Shown here piece by piece: positions 9,984-19,771 of a stretch of DNA of 64,000 nucleotides (the first letter of the stretch is position 1; each line of letters starts with the position of its first letter). The position numbers and the translations under genes are program-made. A model generated the notes under the pieces. It worked only from the letters and a program-made list of their open reading frames with translations, was not told the DNA's origin and did no database searches. The stretch is taken from IMG/VR virus record IMGVR_UViG_3300049489_000993, positions 25,457 to 89,456 of that record. One strand, given 5' to 3'. The stretch comes from a virus.

Positions 9984-12074
9984 TCAGCGCCCGCCGCTCA
10001 AGTCGACCTGGCCTGAGTCGATCATCTTGACAAAGCGCCCAAAGTCGCCGGTGAACTTTACGATGGCATCGGTGACCGGCTTGAAGTCCTTGGAAATAGT
10101 CGAAATGTCGCTGGCGAGCGTTGACGCGGCCTTCTGCATCTTCGTCACTTCTTCGGCTGCTTTGGCGCCGGCTCCCGTCAACGTATTCGCGACCGCGTTC
10201 TGTGCGCGGATGATGCCGCCCATGTCCTTCGCCGCGGCGGCGAACTCGCGGCCCATGTCCGCCGCGCTGCCGGCGCCGCGCTCGGTGCCAGGAACGAACT
10301 CGATGCCTCCCGCCGCGTTCGTCTTGAACAGCGGCTTCCCCTTCGCGCCCTTCTTGCCCGACTCACCGACAAGGTCGGCGAACGCGCCCTTCCCTTTCGC
10401 AAGCGCTTCCACGATTCCTGGCGCCTCCGTCCCGAGCCCAATGTCCACGCCCGCGGCTTTGAGTCCGCGTTGCAGCGAGAACTCGGCTTGCTCGCCCGTC
10501 GCCCCGCCCGTCATATTTTGCAGGAAGTCGAACATAGTGTTGACGTCCATACCGCCCGTCTTGAACGACTCCACCTTTTTGAGCGACGAAATGTAGTTGC
10601 CCTTCTCCGGCGAGTAACCCGCGGCCCGCAACAAGGCGATGTCCATACCGGATTGCGCACCGCTTTGCGCCACACGCGTGCCCATCGCCCCGATTTGCCC
10701 CGCCACAGTCATACCGCGCGGCCCCTCGAGCCCCATGCCCTTCGTGAGCCCGACAGCGACGCCTTGCAAGCTCTCCGTCTGAATCTTGATCCCTTGCTGG
10801 GCGGCTTGCTCCTGCAACGAGGCAATGTGCGCGAGCTGCTCACCGATCTCGGAGCCCTCGAGCCCTTGCGCCATGGCGTCGGCGATTGTGGACGGCAGAA
10901 GCTCCTTGCCCAGCCCAGAGGTACCGCCGCGTCCGGGGCGCTGGGCGCGCATGAGTTGGGCTGCCGTACCTGCATCGACGCCGTAGAGCGTCTGCGCCGC
11001 CATCGCCTGTTGGAACTGCCCCTTGACGGCTTGCCCCCCAACGCCGCGCGTGAACTCCACGCCTGCGCGTAACTCCTCTTGCCGCGTCATAAGGCCCGCG
11101 CTGACCCCCTCAAACCCCGACGCGCGCCCGGTCGTCCGGCGGGCGCCGGCTCGCCCTTGCTCCTCGGCGGCGCGCTCGCCTTTCACCTGTTCACGCGTGG
11201 CTTCCCGACGCATGCGCGGTTCCGCGCGTTGCCAGGCTTCCAACTGCTGTGCGGAGTTCATCCCCGCGTACACCTCGGGACGGATGCCTGGCGGGGTGAT
11301 CTTGTATTCGACCATTTCCTCGGGGGTCGCTTCTTTGGTGCGCGTCTGCCCCGCGGCGCGCAACTTCGTCGCCGCCGCCCCCTGGCCCGCACGATAGGCG
11401 TCGACCGCGGCGTTGCCGGCCTTGTCCAATGTAGCTGCGGGCGTTTGTGCTTCACGCCTGCGACGGCCCGCGGCTCCGCCTGTGACCGAGTACGCCTCGA
11501 GCTGCGCGCGCTGGAGGTCGGCGGCGCGGTCGACGTTGGCTTCGGCGAGCGCAGCCGGGCCGCCGATGAATGGGATGTTCCCGAACGCCGTCGTGAGCGG
11601 CCCTTGCCCGCCCGCCATCGCCGAGGACGCCCCGCCCGCACGTCGGACCATTCCGCCCGCCACTTGGCCGGCGAACTGCGCCTTCATGCCGGGACCACGC
11701 TGTAGGAACGCTCCAGCGGTCGGTGAGAGGCTTTGGAGGAAGCCTTGGGTGAAACCCCCCGCGCCGGGCGCCTGGCGTCCTGCGGCCTGTAGGGCGCTTT
11801 GGGCGCGGGCGATCTCGCGATACCGCCCCGACACCCGTTCCAGCTCATCGCCGAGCTTCTTGAACGCGTCCGTTCCCTTGTCGACTCCGAGCATCGCGAC
11901 TGTGAGGCGGGCTTGCTCGCTGGCGAGCGCCTTCAAAGACCCGCGCGTGTCTTTCAACGCGGCGTTCAGCTCCCGCACCGCGACCGGCTTGAACGTCTTT
12001 TCCAGCTCGCGCCGAGCATCTTTGAGCCCGCGTGCGTCAAGGCGAAAACCGACCTTGGTCTCGATTCCCGCCAT
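9984..12074 (-). CDS. Tail tape measure protein
   Basis: 696 aa helical A/G/Q-rich protein after chaperone pair and before hub. Confidence 0.75.
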   Translation of the reverse strand: MAGIETKVGFRLDARGLKDARRELEKTFKPVAVRELNAALKDTRGSLKALASEQARLTVAMLGVDKGTDAFKKLGDELERVSGRYREIARAQSALQAAGRQAPGAGGFTQGFLQSLSPTAGAFLQRGPGMKAQFAGQVAGGMVRRAGGASSAMAGGQGPLTTAFGNIPFIGGPAALAEANVDRAADLQRAQLEAYSVTGGAAGRRRREAQTPAATLDKAGNAAVDAYRAGQGAAATKLRAAGQTRTKEATPEEMVEYKITPPGIRPEVYAGMNSAQQLEAWQRAEPRMRREATREQVKGERAAEEQGRAGARRTTGRASGFEGVSAGLMTRQEELRAGVEFTRGVGGQAVKGQFQQAMAAQTLYGVDAGTAAQLMRAQRPGRGGTSGLGKELLPSTIADAMAQGLEGSEIGEQLAHIASLQEQAAQQGIKIQTESLQGVAVGLTKGMGLEGPRGMTVAGQIGAMGTRVAQSGAQSGMDIALLRAAGYSPEKGNYISSLKKVESFKTGGMDVNTMFDFLQNMTGGATGEQAEFSLQRGLKAAGVDIGLGTEAPGIVEALAKGKGAFADLVGESGKKGAKGKPLFKTNAAGGIEFVPGTERGAGSAADMGREFAAAAKDMGGIIRAQNAVANTLTGAGAKAAEEVTKMQKAASTLASDISTISKDFKPVTDAIVKFTGDFGRFVKMIDSGQVDLSGGR

Positions 12075-12077
12075 GAC

Positions 12078-12500
12078 CTAGCCCGCCTTCTTCTGGGCAG
12101 CCGGCTTGCCGTGCTCGCCCCACCAGCTCGCCGGGATATTACCGCTCTGCACGATTTGAACCCAACGATCCCACACCGGGTCATCGCTCGTCGTCACCAC
12201 CCCTTGGAACGACTCTTCGATCCGCGACAAGTAGTCGCCCGCAGGGGCTTCGGTGGGATCGAGCGCCTTCTTGAGTTGCTCGATCGAGGTCCAATCGTCG
12301 CGCTCTTTGGTGGGCTGCGCCTCGAGCTGGCGCAGGCGGTCAGCGAGGTGCCGGTACCAGCGCAGCAAGACCAGCGCGAAAGGCTGATCGAGCATCGCGC
12401 GCTTGTCCTCGGGTTCGCCGTAGGTGCGCGTCCACCAACTTCTCAAGAACTCGAGCGTATCGTCGCTACGCGCCAACTTTTTGAGACGGCCGATCGCCCC
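12078..12500 (-). CDS. Tail assembly chaperone, frameshifted C-terminal extension (GT-like)
   Basis: ORF in +1 frame overlapping the 3' end of the upstream chaperone; entered at TAC TTT CGG (TTTC at 12501-12504); no well-spaced SD/start of its own. Confidence 0.65.
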   Translation of the reverse strand, partial: GAIGRLKKLARSDDTLEFLRSWWTRTYGEPEDKRAMLDQPFALVLLRWYRHLADRLRQLEAQPTKERDDWTSIEQLKKALDPTEAPAGDYLSRIEESFQGVVTTSDDPVWDRWVQIVQSGNIPASWWGEHGKPAAQKKAG

Positions 12501-12933
12501 GAAAGTACGCTTCGTGTTTGGCAACCTCCGTGTAGACCGTGTAGAGAAACGCGACGTCTTTCATCTCGGAAGCCTTGAACCATGCGGGCTTCTCGACGAG
12601 GGAGACGGTCAAATGCGCGATGACGGACAGCAAGTAGCGCGTATCTTCGTCGATGGCTTCCCATGGGGTGAGCCGCGCCAAGCGGGATTGCAGGAGGCCC
12701 ACTTCCACGCGCTCGGCGATGGAAAGGATCTTGTTCTTGAACTGTGCGCGCGAGGATTTGTAGTCGAGGGCGAACGCCCATTGTTCTTGGGCGAGCGGGT
12801 TGTTGGCTTCGTCTTTCGGGGGGGCGGTGTCCGGTTCGACGGCGCGCAGAGCTTTCAGCTCGGCGTCGGGGTCTTGCACGCGCGCGATGGGGGTGCTTGG
12901 TGGCTCGGTTGGAACGACGGCGGTAGGGGGCAT
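12466..12933 (-). CDS. Tail assembly chaperone (G-like)
   Basis: 155 aa between tube and tape measure; AGGAG SD; ends ...EAYFR..., typical position. Confidence 0.75.
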   Translation of the reverse strand: MPPTAVVPTEPPSTPIARVQDPDAELKALRAVEPDTAPPKDEANNPLAQEQWAFALDYKSSRAQFKNKILSIAERVEVGLLQSRLARLTPWEAIDEDTRYLLSVIAHLTVSLVEKPAWFKASEMKDVAFLYTVYTEVAKHEAYFRGDRPSQKVGA

Positions 12934-12977
12934 GGATCTCTCCTACCGCCGAAGTACCACGCTTACGAGAGGGCTGC

Positions 12978-13421
12978 CTAGACGGCTTCGCTGGCCTCGA
13001 CCATACGGCGAGCGACCATTGTGATGTCGCGTGCGACAGAGGTGCGTGGGTCGATGGCGAACTGCTTGCCCTGAATCTTGACGCCGTAGACGCGGGCGAT
13101 GATGACGCCTTCCACTGAGTCTTCGATCTGCATCGTCAGCTCGGCTTGTGCGAGCGCGTTGAACAGGAACTCGGCGGCCGTTGCACCTTTGCGAGGGAAG
13201 AACCCTTTGGCTTCCATGGTGTCGCGGATCGCGAGCACTTCGGACGCCTGGCATGAGCAGGTGTATTCCACGGGCTCGTTTTGCAAGACCTCGATGTTGT
13301 CGATCACCTTGATCGGCTCGTGGGTTAGCTCCTCTTGCACAGAGACGCTTTTGCAGAGCCCGACGATGACGCCGTCGAAGGTCAAGCGGGCGCGCGGGCC
13401 GGTGAGAACGGAGACTGCCAT
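12978..13421 (-). CDS. Tail tube protein
   Basis: 147 aa beta-rich protein directly after sheath (VLTGPRARLTFDGVIVG...); AGGAG SD. Confidence 0.85.
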   Translation of the reverse strand: MAVSVLTGPRARLTFDGVIVGLCKSVSVQEELTHEPIKVIDNIEVLQNEPVEYTCSCQASEVLAIRDTMEAKGFFPRKGATAAEFLFNALAQAELTMQIEDSVEGVIIARVYGVKIQGKQFAIDPRTSVARDITMVARRMVEASEAV

Positions 13422-13445
13422 GGCGAACTCCTACGGGTGCTGCTC

Positions 13446-16001
13446 TCAGGCGGCGAGCGAGAAGGGTTTGAGGTTGACCACGATGGGGATGAAGTTGATG
13501 GGCGCGATGGGGCTGATCTCCAGCTCCATCCGCAAGACGTCCAGGGCAAGCTCGAAGGTGGGCTTCTTGTAGGCGGCGAGAATCTCATCGCGGACGAGGG
13601 ATTCGAGCACGCCGTCGGCAGCGGCAGCGGCGGCCTGTACGGTGCGCGCAAAGCCCTTCTTGCCGATGATGGTTTCCATCCGCGAGCGCAGGACAAACAC
13701 GCTGTAGTTGGTCGCCTGATTCACACTGGCTTCGCTGTACGCGAGGTTGTTGTCCTTCAAGTATGTCGTGAGGTTTCGCACGACCTTGAAACCCTTGCCC
13801 TCGTCAAACTGCATGACGAACAGGCCGGCCGCCAACAGCTCCTCGACATTGTCGATGGGGTTCCAGCTCGAATGCTGGCGCAGGCCGAGGATGTTCGCGT
13901 ACTTGTTGGTGAGCGGGTTGCCCACCGACGTGCCTGCCTGCATGCCGGCCGCGAGCGCGGCTTGGAACTTGGGCGGCTGGAACACACGTTCGCCGTCGGT
14001 GTTGAACAGCGACACCTCTTGCGTGGCAAGACGCGCATGCCGACTGTTGAGCGCCAGCGCCCGCGCCTTGAGCTGGGCCACAGTTTCGTTGGCAGCGGCT
14101 CCCATGACGATGTCGCGTTCCATCTTGCCGGCGCCGCCCATGAACTCACAGTGCGCCACGCCCATCGCGTGAACGGCTGCGGAATCGGTGCCAAGCACGA
14201 GGGTGTTGACGAACACCTGCTTGAGCTTGTCGATCGCGTTCTGCCAATCCGACGCCGTCGCCGTCACGACGCCGGGCTGCCCAGCGTCGCCTTCATGGCC
14301 TCCCGCGAGGAACACCTGGGACGACGTGTTGGACGGCGCCCCCGTTCCCGGCGAGACGCGCTCGGCGGTGACGAGCTGCGACTTGGCGTTCAGCTCCGCA
14401 ACGATGTCCGCGAGCCGTGCGTAGAACGACGCCGTCGTCGGCGACAGGATGTTCTGAGCGGCGACGTAGTCGAGGTCGGCGAGGAGATACTCCGTCGGGT
14501 TGCCCACGATCACCGTGAACGTGAAATCCACATTCGCGGCGACGAGGTCTTTGAGCTTTTGGATGGTGGGGTGGCTCACCGATGCGGCGTTGAACACCTT
14601 GCTTGTGAGCGTCGCGGTGCGCGCGGATTCGATGTTGCCCACCTCAACCGAGGTGAACTTGGCGAAGGCGCCCGCGAACACAACCGGCGTAGCGCCCGAC
14701 AGCGTAAGCACCTCGGCGATGGCCGAGCCCACGGCGTTCAGGCCGCGGTAGACCACTTTGCGCGTGGTCGCGCCATCCGCCTGCACCGTGTGAAAGCCCG
14801 TCGCCGCAATGTCGAGCGCGACGCGGCCCTTGTTCGTCTGCCCCGCGGTCAGCGTCGCGACGGTGGCACCACCGCCCGCAATGCGCAGGGTCATGGTGCC
14901 GAGCGCCGTCGCCGACATGACGACAGCCGTCTCGAGGTTCCACGTGCCCGCGACCGCGACCGCCGTGGTGCCGTTCAACGTCGCCGACTGCGACTGCGGC
15001 ACGTTGGACGCGTCCAGACCGTAGACGGTCACAACCTGCGTTGTGTCCGCGGCGTTGCTCGACACGATCTCGAGTGCGGAAGCGCCTGGCGCTTGTGTGA
15101 ACGAGGCATCCTGGCCCGCGTCCGCGCGCGTGAAGGGCACCTGAAACGCGAACTGCGAGGACGCAATGGTGGCTCCCGCGGCAGCGATGCGGATGGTGAC
15201 TTGGCCTTGGAATGCAGCGGAGCCCTTCGCGTCGTTCACGGCGTTCCACGTACCAGGCACGGCGACGGCGGTGAGACCGTTCAGCGTGACCGTCGTGGCG
15301 GTCGGGACGTTGCTGGCATTCAAGCCGTAGACCGTGACGGTCTGCGTGGTGTCGAGCGCCGAGGACGAGACCACCTCGATCGAGGACGCGGCGGGGGGCT
15401 GTGTGAACGACGGGACGAACGCGCTTTGGTTGGGGTGCCCTTGGATCGCGGTCGCGCCGTCAGAGCCGCCCGAGTAGAGCAACGAAAACTTGGCGTCGTT
15501 GCCGAGGAGGTCGAACGCCTCGGTGTCGTCCTCGAACTTGATTGTGACGAGCTTGCCCCCGCCCGACGTCGCGTTTGCGATCTGCACGCTGATCTGCGTG
15601 GTGAACGCACCGTAGTCCGCGCTCTTGATGCGCAAGGCGGTGCCGCCGCTGTTGGCGAAGTCCGCTTGCGATTGCGCCGCGGGGTTCACCTTGACGAGCA
15701 CGACCTGTTGCGCGCCGGCTTGGATCTCGGGGTCTTTGGCGGGGTTGAACAGGATGGCGCCCATCTCGCGGAGGTCACCGAAGCGAAACGCGCGGCGAAT
15801 CTGCCCGCTGTTGGTGGCTCGCTGGAGGTCGTCATTGGGCGACGCAATGGCGGTGTACGGCTTCCCGCCGACGCCGGTAGCGACGAGGGCGACGATGCCG
15901 CTGGCAGCAAGGGCAGCGCTCTCAAACGCCGACGCGTCGACCTTGGAGTACGCGCCGGGCTTGGCGGTGAGGCGACCATTGAAAAACAACTGCGTCGACA
16001 T
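13446..16001 (-). CDS. Tail sheath protein (enlarged)
   Basis: N-terminal FFNGRLTAKPGAYSKVD; C-terminal LAAGMQAG...PLTNKY, VVRNLTTY, ISPIAPINFI; 851 aa due to inserted repeat domains. Confidence 0.9.
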   Translation of the reverse strand: MSTQLFFNGRLTAKPGAYSKVDASAFESAALAASGIVALVATGVGGKPYTAIASPNDDLQRATNSGQIRRAFRFGDLREMGAILFNPAKDPEIQAGAQQVVLVKVNPAAQSQADFANSGGTALRIKSADYGAFTTQISVQIANATSGGGKLVTIKFEDDTEAFDLLGNDAKFSLLYSGGSDGATAIQGHPNQSAFVPSFTQPPAASSIEVVSSSALDTTQTVTVYGLNASNVPTATTVTLNGLTAVAVPGTWNAVNDAKGSAAFQGQVTIRIAAAGATIASSQFAFQVPFTRADAGQDASFTQAPGASALEIVSSNAADTTQVVTVYGLDASNVPQSQSATLNGTTAVAVAGTWNLETAVVMSATALGTMTLRIAGGGATVATLTAGQTNKGRVALDIAATGFHTVQADGATTRKVVYRGLNAVGSAIAEVLTLSGATPVVFAGAFAKFTSVEVGNIESARTATLTSKVFNAASVSHPTIQKLKDLVAANVDFTFTVIVGNPTEYLLADLDYVAAQNILSPTTASFYARLADIVAELNAKSQLVTAERVSPGTGAPSNTSSQVFLAGGHEGDAGQPGVVTATASDWQNAIDKLKQVFVNTLVLGTDSAAVHAMGVAHCEFMGGAGKMERDIVMGAAANETVAQLKARALALNSRHARLATQEVSLFNTDGERVFQPPKFQAALAAGMQAGTSVGNPLTNKYANILGLRQHSSWNPIDNVEELLAAGLFVMQFDEGKGFKVVRNLTTYLKDNNLAYSEASVNQATNYSVFVLRSRMETIIGKKGFARTVQAAAAAADGVLESLVRDEILAAYKKPTFELALDVLRMELEISPIAPINFIPIVVNLKPFSLAA
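14850..15410 (-). repeat. Duplicated ~306-nt (102 aa) beta-rich insertion domain in sheath
   Basis: SFTQPPAASSIEVVSSSALDTTQTVTVYGLNASNVP...LNGLTAVAVPGTWN vs SFTQAPGASALEIVSSNAADTTQVVTVYGLDASNVP...LNGTTAVAVAGTWN. Confidence 0.8.
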
Positions 16002-16012
16002 AAGTCACTCCC

Positions 16013-16360
16013 TCACAAAACAGGCGTGGCGTTGTAGCGCGCGAGGTGGGCCGCCCACTCGCTTGCGATGCATTCCGAAGGCGCGTTGGAGCGCGCCCAT
16101 ACGATGAAACCGGCGAGGTCGACGGGGCGCAACCGTTTGGCGAGCGCCCACGTCTGCAATGCCAGCTTGGAAGGCCCCTCGGGGGCGCGCACTAGGGGGT
16201 CTTGCGCAGCGGCACCCACGACCACGATGTTCGCCGGCCCGCTGGCGGGCGGCGGGGCATCCGCGGGCACCTTGAACTTGACGATGGCGGGGTCGGTGAC
16301 CTCCTCGGAATCGACATCCGGGGCGCTCGGTGCGGAGGTTGGGGCTTTCTTGGTCGCCAT
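16013..16360 (-). CDS. Hypothetical protein
   Basis: 115 aa ORF between tail completion gene and sheath. Confidence 0.6.
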   Translation of the reverse strand: MATKKAPTSAPSAPDVDSEEVTDPAIVKFKVPADAPPPASGPANIVVVGAAAQDPLVRAPEGPSKLALQTWALAKRLRPVDLAGFIVWARSNAPSECIASEWAAHLARYNATPVL

Positions 16361-16361
16361 A

Positions 16362-17048
16362 TCACTCCACCACCGGGGTCACGCGTGGATCAACGCCCAC
16401 GACCGCGTTCGCCACATAGATGCCGTCGATGTGAGAGTAGCGCCCCGTAGCCCACGGTCCCAAGTCGAAGTCGGTTGCCGTCAGGAGGTGCGCGTAGCCC
16501 ACGACCTGCATCATGCGCGCAAACACGTTCTCAGGCAGGTATTGCTGATTGGGGGCGAGGTCCATGCCGGAGAAGGTGGGCGTCTCGACACCCTCGCGCG
16601 CGAGCTTCGCCGAGGCGCCGAGCAAGATGGCGCGCAACACGTTGTGATACGCGAGCACGACGTCGGGGTTCGCCGCGTACGTGAAAATCTGGTAAGTGAA
16701 CTGAAACCGCATAACCTGGGCGGAAACCGCGCGCCCAAGCTCGGCTTCGACGTCGCGGATGAAGCCTTCCACCGCCTCGATCGAGGTCGCATCTTTGCTG
16801 TTGCCGACGTAGTCGGCGTCCTCATGCTCGCCGGCCAGCACGATCGCGAAGCAGGGGAGCTGGGCGTTGGCGCGCGCGTAGCTGTGGACGATGCGCGGCT
16901 GCCCTTCGCCCTTCCAGTAGGTCACGAGGTCGGCCAACTCGTCGTCGACGTAGCCCGGCGACGCGAGCACCCGACGCAGGTAGGCGTCCGACCCGTTGAG
17001 GGTGTCCAGCCCTTCCTGAATCACTCGGTGCAACACGCGCTCGAACAC
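16362..17048 (-). CDS. Tail completion/terminator-like neck protein
   Basis: 228 aa; LPCFAIVLAGEHE and YQIFTYAAN...LRAIL pattern; position upstream of sheath. Confidence 0.6.
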   Translation of the reverse strand: MFERVLHRVIQEGLDTLNGSDAYLRRVLASPGYVDDELADLVTYWKGEGQPRIVHSYARANAQLPCFAIVLAGEHEDADYVGNSKDATSIEAVEGFIRDVEAELGRAVSAQVMRFQFTYQIFTYAANPDVVLAYHNVLRAILLGASAKLAREGVETPTFSGMDLAPNQQYLPENVFARMMQVVGYAHLLTATDFDLGPWATGRYSHIDGIYVANAVVGVDPRVTPVVE

Positions 17049-17049
17049 G

Positions 17050-17931
17050 TCACGCCCCTCCGGGTGGCTTCACGACACGATCCAAGATCGCCTGCACCAT
17101 ACCCGGTCCCTCATGCTCAATGAAGCGCACCACCTCCGGCGCCAAATGGGCGCCCGCGTAGCCGGGGTGAATCCAGCCGTTCGGCTGCCCGGTCGAGATA
17201 GTGCGGAAGGTGCCGTAGAACGCTTGGGTCGCGCGCTTGTACGTCTGCTGCATCTTGACAGCGCCCTCGAACAGCGGGGAATGGTGCTCGGCGCCGCCAT
17301 GACGGATGAGCGCCGTCGATCCATCCGGCATCGTCACGAGCTTGTGACTGCGCCCTTTGACATCCATGCCGGTGCCGGCCGTATTGAGGCGGGCACCCCA
17401 CTTCGTCTTCTCGCCAGGATTCGACAAAGAGGGGTCGAGCTTGCGCATCTCCTTCCATGCCTGGCGCCCCAAGGCGTTCGCTCGGTCGGCGCCAAGCTGC
17501 TTGGCGTAGGCGTCGGTGACGCGTTGGAAGTTGCGCCCAGATGACGTGGGGGCGCCGAGACGGAAAAAGATGGAGCGGTAGAACCCACCGTCTTTGCGCG
17601 CATGCTTTCCCTTGCCTGCGCCGCGCTCCACGACGGGCACGTTGGGACCGAGCAACGTCTTGCGCATGTCGTAAGGCCCATAGCCGCGTTCGATCTGGTT
17701 GGGCCAGGCCCCCATGAGGGTGATCGAGGCGGCGAAGTCGCCGAACTCGACGGGTTGGATCGCGCGCGTGTAGTCGTTGGCGGTGCGGTGGAGCTTCTCT
17801 TTGGCGAGCGAGACCCACTTCGCGCGCGCCGTATCCGCGAGCATGCGCAGGATGTCGTGCAGGATGCTTTCGTCGAGCTGGAGCACCAGGCCGGGCGGCA
17901 TGAGCGAGCCCACGTCGACGTCGTGGATCAC
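17050..17931 (-). CDS. Neck / head-tail joining protein
   Basis: GTG at 17931 overlaps upstream TGA; motifs PNQIERGYGPYDMRKTLL, YGTFRTIS, GWIHPG resembling SPO1/Twort-like neck proteins. Confidence 0.65.
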   Translation of the reverse strand: MIHDVDVGSLMPPGLVLQLDESILHDILRMLADTARAKWVSLAKEKLHRTANDYTRAIQPVEFGDFAASITLMGAWPNQIERGYGPYDMRKTLLGPNVPVVERGAGKGKHARKDGGFYRSIFFRLGAPTSSGRNFQRVTDAYAKQLGADRANALGRQAWKEMRKLDPSLSNPGEKTKWGARLNTAGTGMDVKGRSHKLVTMPDGSTALIRHGGAEHHSPLFEGAVKMQQTYKRATQAFYGTFRTISTGQPNGWIHPGYAGAHLAPEVVRFIEHEGPGMVQAILDRVVKPPGGA

Positions 17932-18725
17932 AAGGTGGCGTCCTTCCCGAGGAGGTAGTCCAGGCGCACCATGGCCTGAATCGGATGGACCTCGTTGTCG
18001 CCGAGCACCTTGCCGGTTTTGAACTTGATGAGGGTGCCGCGCACGATGTGTGGGTAGTCCACGACGACCCACACGGGGTTCATCTCGTACGCGATCGATA
18101 GCTTGGTCTTCGGGGGCGCCGTCACCTTGAGAGATCCATCAGGTTGGATCTCTACCGTTTCGGTGTAGTCCACAGTGACGCCGAGGTCGTCCGCGGAGAA
18201 TGCTCGCCGCAGGCGCACAACAGGGTAGCGCAGCGCCGACACGGCCTTGTTGCCCACCGGGATGATTTGCGAGGAAGGCACCTCGAGCACTTGGCGGTAG
18301 AGCTGGGTGTGGTCGAGCACTTTGAAACGGTCGCGATGCCCAACGCGGTTCCACGAGAACGTGGTGAGCGCGGCGGTACCCGAAAGCCATTCGCCGAACT
18401 TCTCGAAAATCTGCGGGTTGTTCACCAACGACGTCATAATCGCTTGGGTGGCGCGCTCGCTCGCGGTGTTCGCGAAGGCGGGCGTCTCCTTCGCATAGTC
18501 GATGAGGTCGGGCTCGGTGGGGTCGGGGAACACGTAGACGAAGCCGTCGCCGTCACAGAGCACGCAACCGGGGTTGGCTTGGTCGGTCGTCGGGTTGCGA
18601 CAAGGGCACAGCTCCGAGGCAGACCAAAGCACCCGGTAACCCTTCTGCAAGATGAGGCGATCGAAGTCCGACTTTTGGAAGTCGACGCGAGGCTTGAGCG
18701 GGCCGATGTCTTTGGTGAGCGCCAC
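17928..18725 (-). CDS. Neck (head closure) protein with Cys cluster
   Basis: RVDF...FDRLILQKGYRVLW...LCPC...CVLCDGDG, characteristic of SPO1/Twort-like neck proteins. Confidence 0.7.
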   Translation of the reverse strand: MALTKDIGPLKPRVDFQKSDFDRLILQKGYRVLWSASELCPCRNPTTDQANPGCVLCDGDGFVYVFPDPTEPDLIDYAKETPAFANTASERATQAIMTSLVNNPQIFEKFGEWLSGTAALTTFSWNRVGHRDRFKVLDHTQLYRQVLEVPSSQIIPVGNKAVSALRYPVVRLRRAFSADDLGVTVDYTETVEIQPDGSLKVTAPPKTKLSIAYEMNPVWVVVDYPHIVRGTLIKFKTGKVLGDNEVHPIQAMVRLDYLLGKDATL

Positions 18726-18729
18726 GACG

Positions 18730-19770
18730 TCACACCGCCGTCAAGCGGAGCCCCTTGTAGTAGCGGCGCAACGTCGGTGTCAGATCGCGGATTCGTTGGC
18801 GGTAAATCAAGAGACGCGCACCGTAACCGGCGTTTGTTGCACTAGAAGTCGTGCCGACACTCTCCGACAAACCATCTATTGAAAGACTCTTTGTGGCAAT
18901 GCCGGCACCGGCGATGAGGTCACCTGCGGTATTGAATGGGCCAAACGAGGAATGCATCCCCACCAGCTCCACCAATGTTGGTGGGATGCGGCCGAGCGGG
19001 AACCCCGCGACGTAGTCGACTTGAATCAAACCGGGAAGGAAGTTGGCCCCCCCGTAAATGAGAGGCAGATAGCCCCCGCCCGCCGAGATGAACGCGTTGG
19101 TGTAGACGCCGTTCGCTGGATAGACCTGAAACTGTCCCGCTTCCAAATCCGCGTTGATCCACTCGGGCGGGAACTCGATCACCGTCGCCCCGTTGGGGTA
19201 CCGCAGTGCCACCTTGTCGATCGAGATCGCTGGGTAGTATTTCACGCGCCCATAGACGAAGGATTCGTAGTCGCGCCGGTAGAAGTCATGCCGCTCGGCC
19301 ACGATCTTCGTCGGCAGGAGCTTCATGTCCAGCTCGAACTCCACCTGCGAGATGGCGGCGCGAATGTAGTGTGCGTACAGCTCATCGGGGTACGGCAGGC
19401 CGTGGTCTTCGGTCAGATCAACGCCGTAGAGGTAGATCGCTTTGAGCTGCTCGATCGTCAGCACAGCCTCGAAAGAGGTGTCGATCGCCTGTGAGGGCGT
19501 TTGTGGCACATCCGCTGGCGGCACCGGCGCCGTTGACGTCAAAACCGCGCGAAAGCTGCTTGTGGAATCGGCGAGCCCGTCCACGATGAACCAGTAGTTG
19601 TACTTCCCCGCCTCGATGCGCAGATGCGTGCTGGCGTCGGTGAGCGCCGTCCACGTCGCGCCTTGGTCGTCCGACTGCTCGATGCGGATGCGGTCGTACA
19701 GCGCGGTCAGGAGCCCGGCGGGGTCGCTCGCAAAGAAAAAGACCTTCATGGTCTGCGCGAAGGCTGCCAT
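18730..19770 (-). CDS. Head-tail adaptor protein with N-terminal Ig/FN3-like extension
   Basis: LKAIYLYGVDL...YIRAAISQVE...IQVDYVAG...GAGIATKSLSIDGLSESVGTTSSA...YGAR. Confidence 0.75.
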   Translation of the reverse strand: MAAFAQTMKVFFFASDPAGLLTALYDRIRIEQSDDQGATWTALTDASTHLRIEAGKYNYWFIVDGLADSTSSFRAVLTSTAPVPPADVPQTPSQAIDTSFEAVLTIEQLKAIYLYGVDLTEDHGLPYPDELYAHYIRAAISQVEFELDMKLLPTKIVAERHDFYRRDYESFVYGRVKYYPAISIDKVALRYPNGATVIEFPPEWINADLEAGQFQVYPANGVYTNAFISAGGGYLPLIYGGANFLPGLIQVDYVAGFPLGRIPPTLVELVGMHSSFGPFNTAGDLIAGAGIATKSLSIDGLSESVGTTSSATNAGYGARLLIYRQRIRDLTPTLRRYYKGLRLTAV

Positions 19771-19771
19771 G

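Noticed and set aside
12501-12524. Independent TTG start for the 12078-12524 ORF
   Set aside because: GGAGG directly abuts the TTG (no spacing); a +1 frameshift from the upstream chaperone explains the overlap better.
13335-16037. Long plus-strand ORFs (e.g. 900 aa here; also 4304-6037, 32368-34161, 6404-7774)
   Set aside because: Antisense shadows of GC3-biased minus-strand genes; Arg/Gly/His-rich with no domain motifs or RBS.
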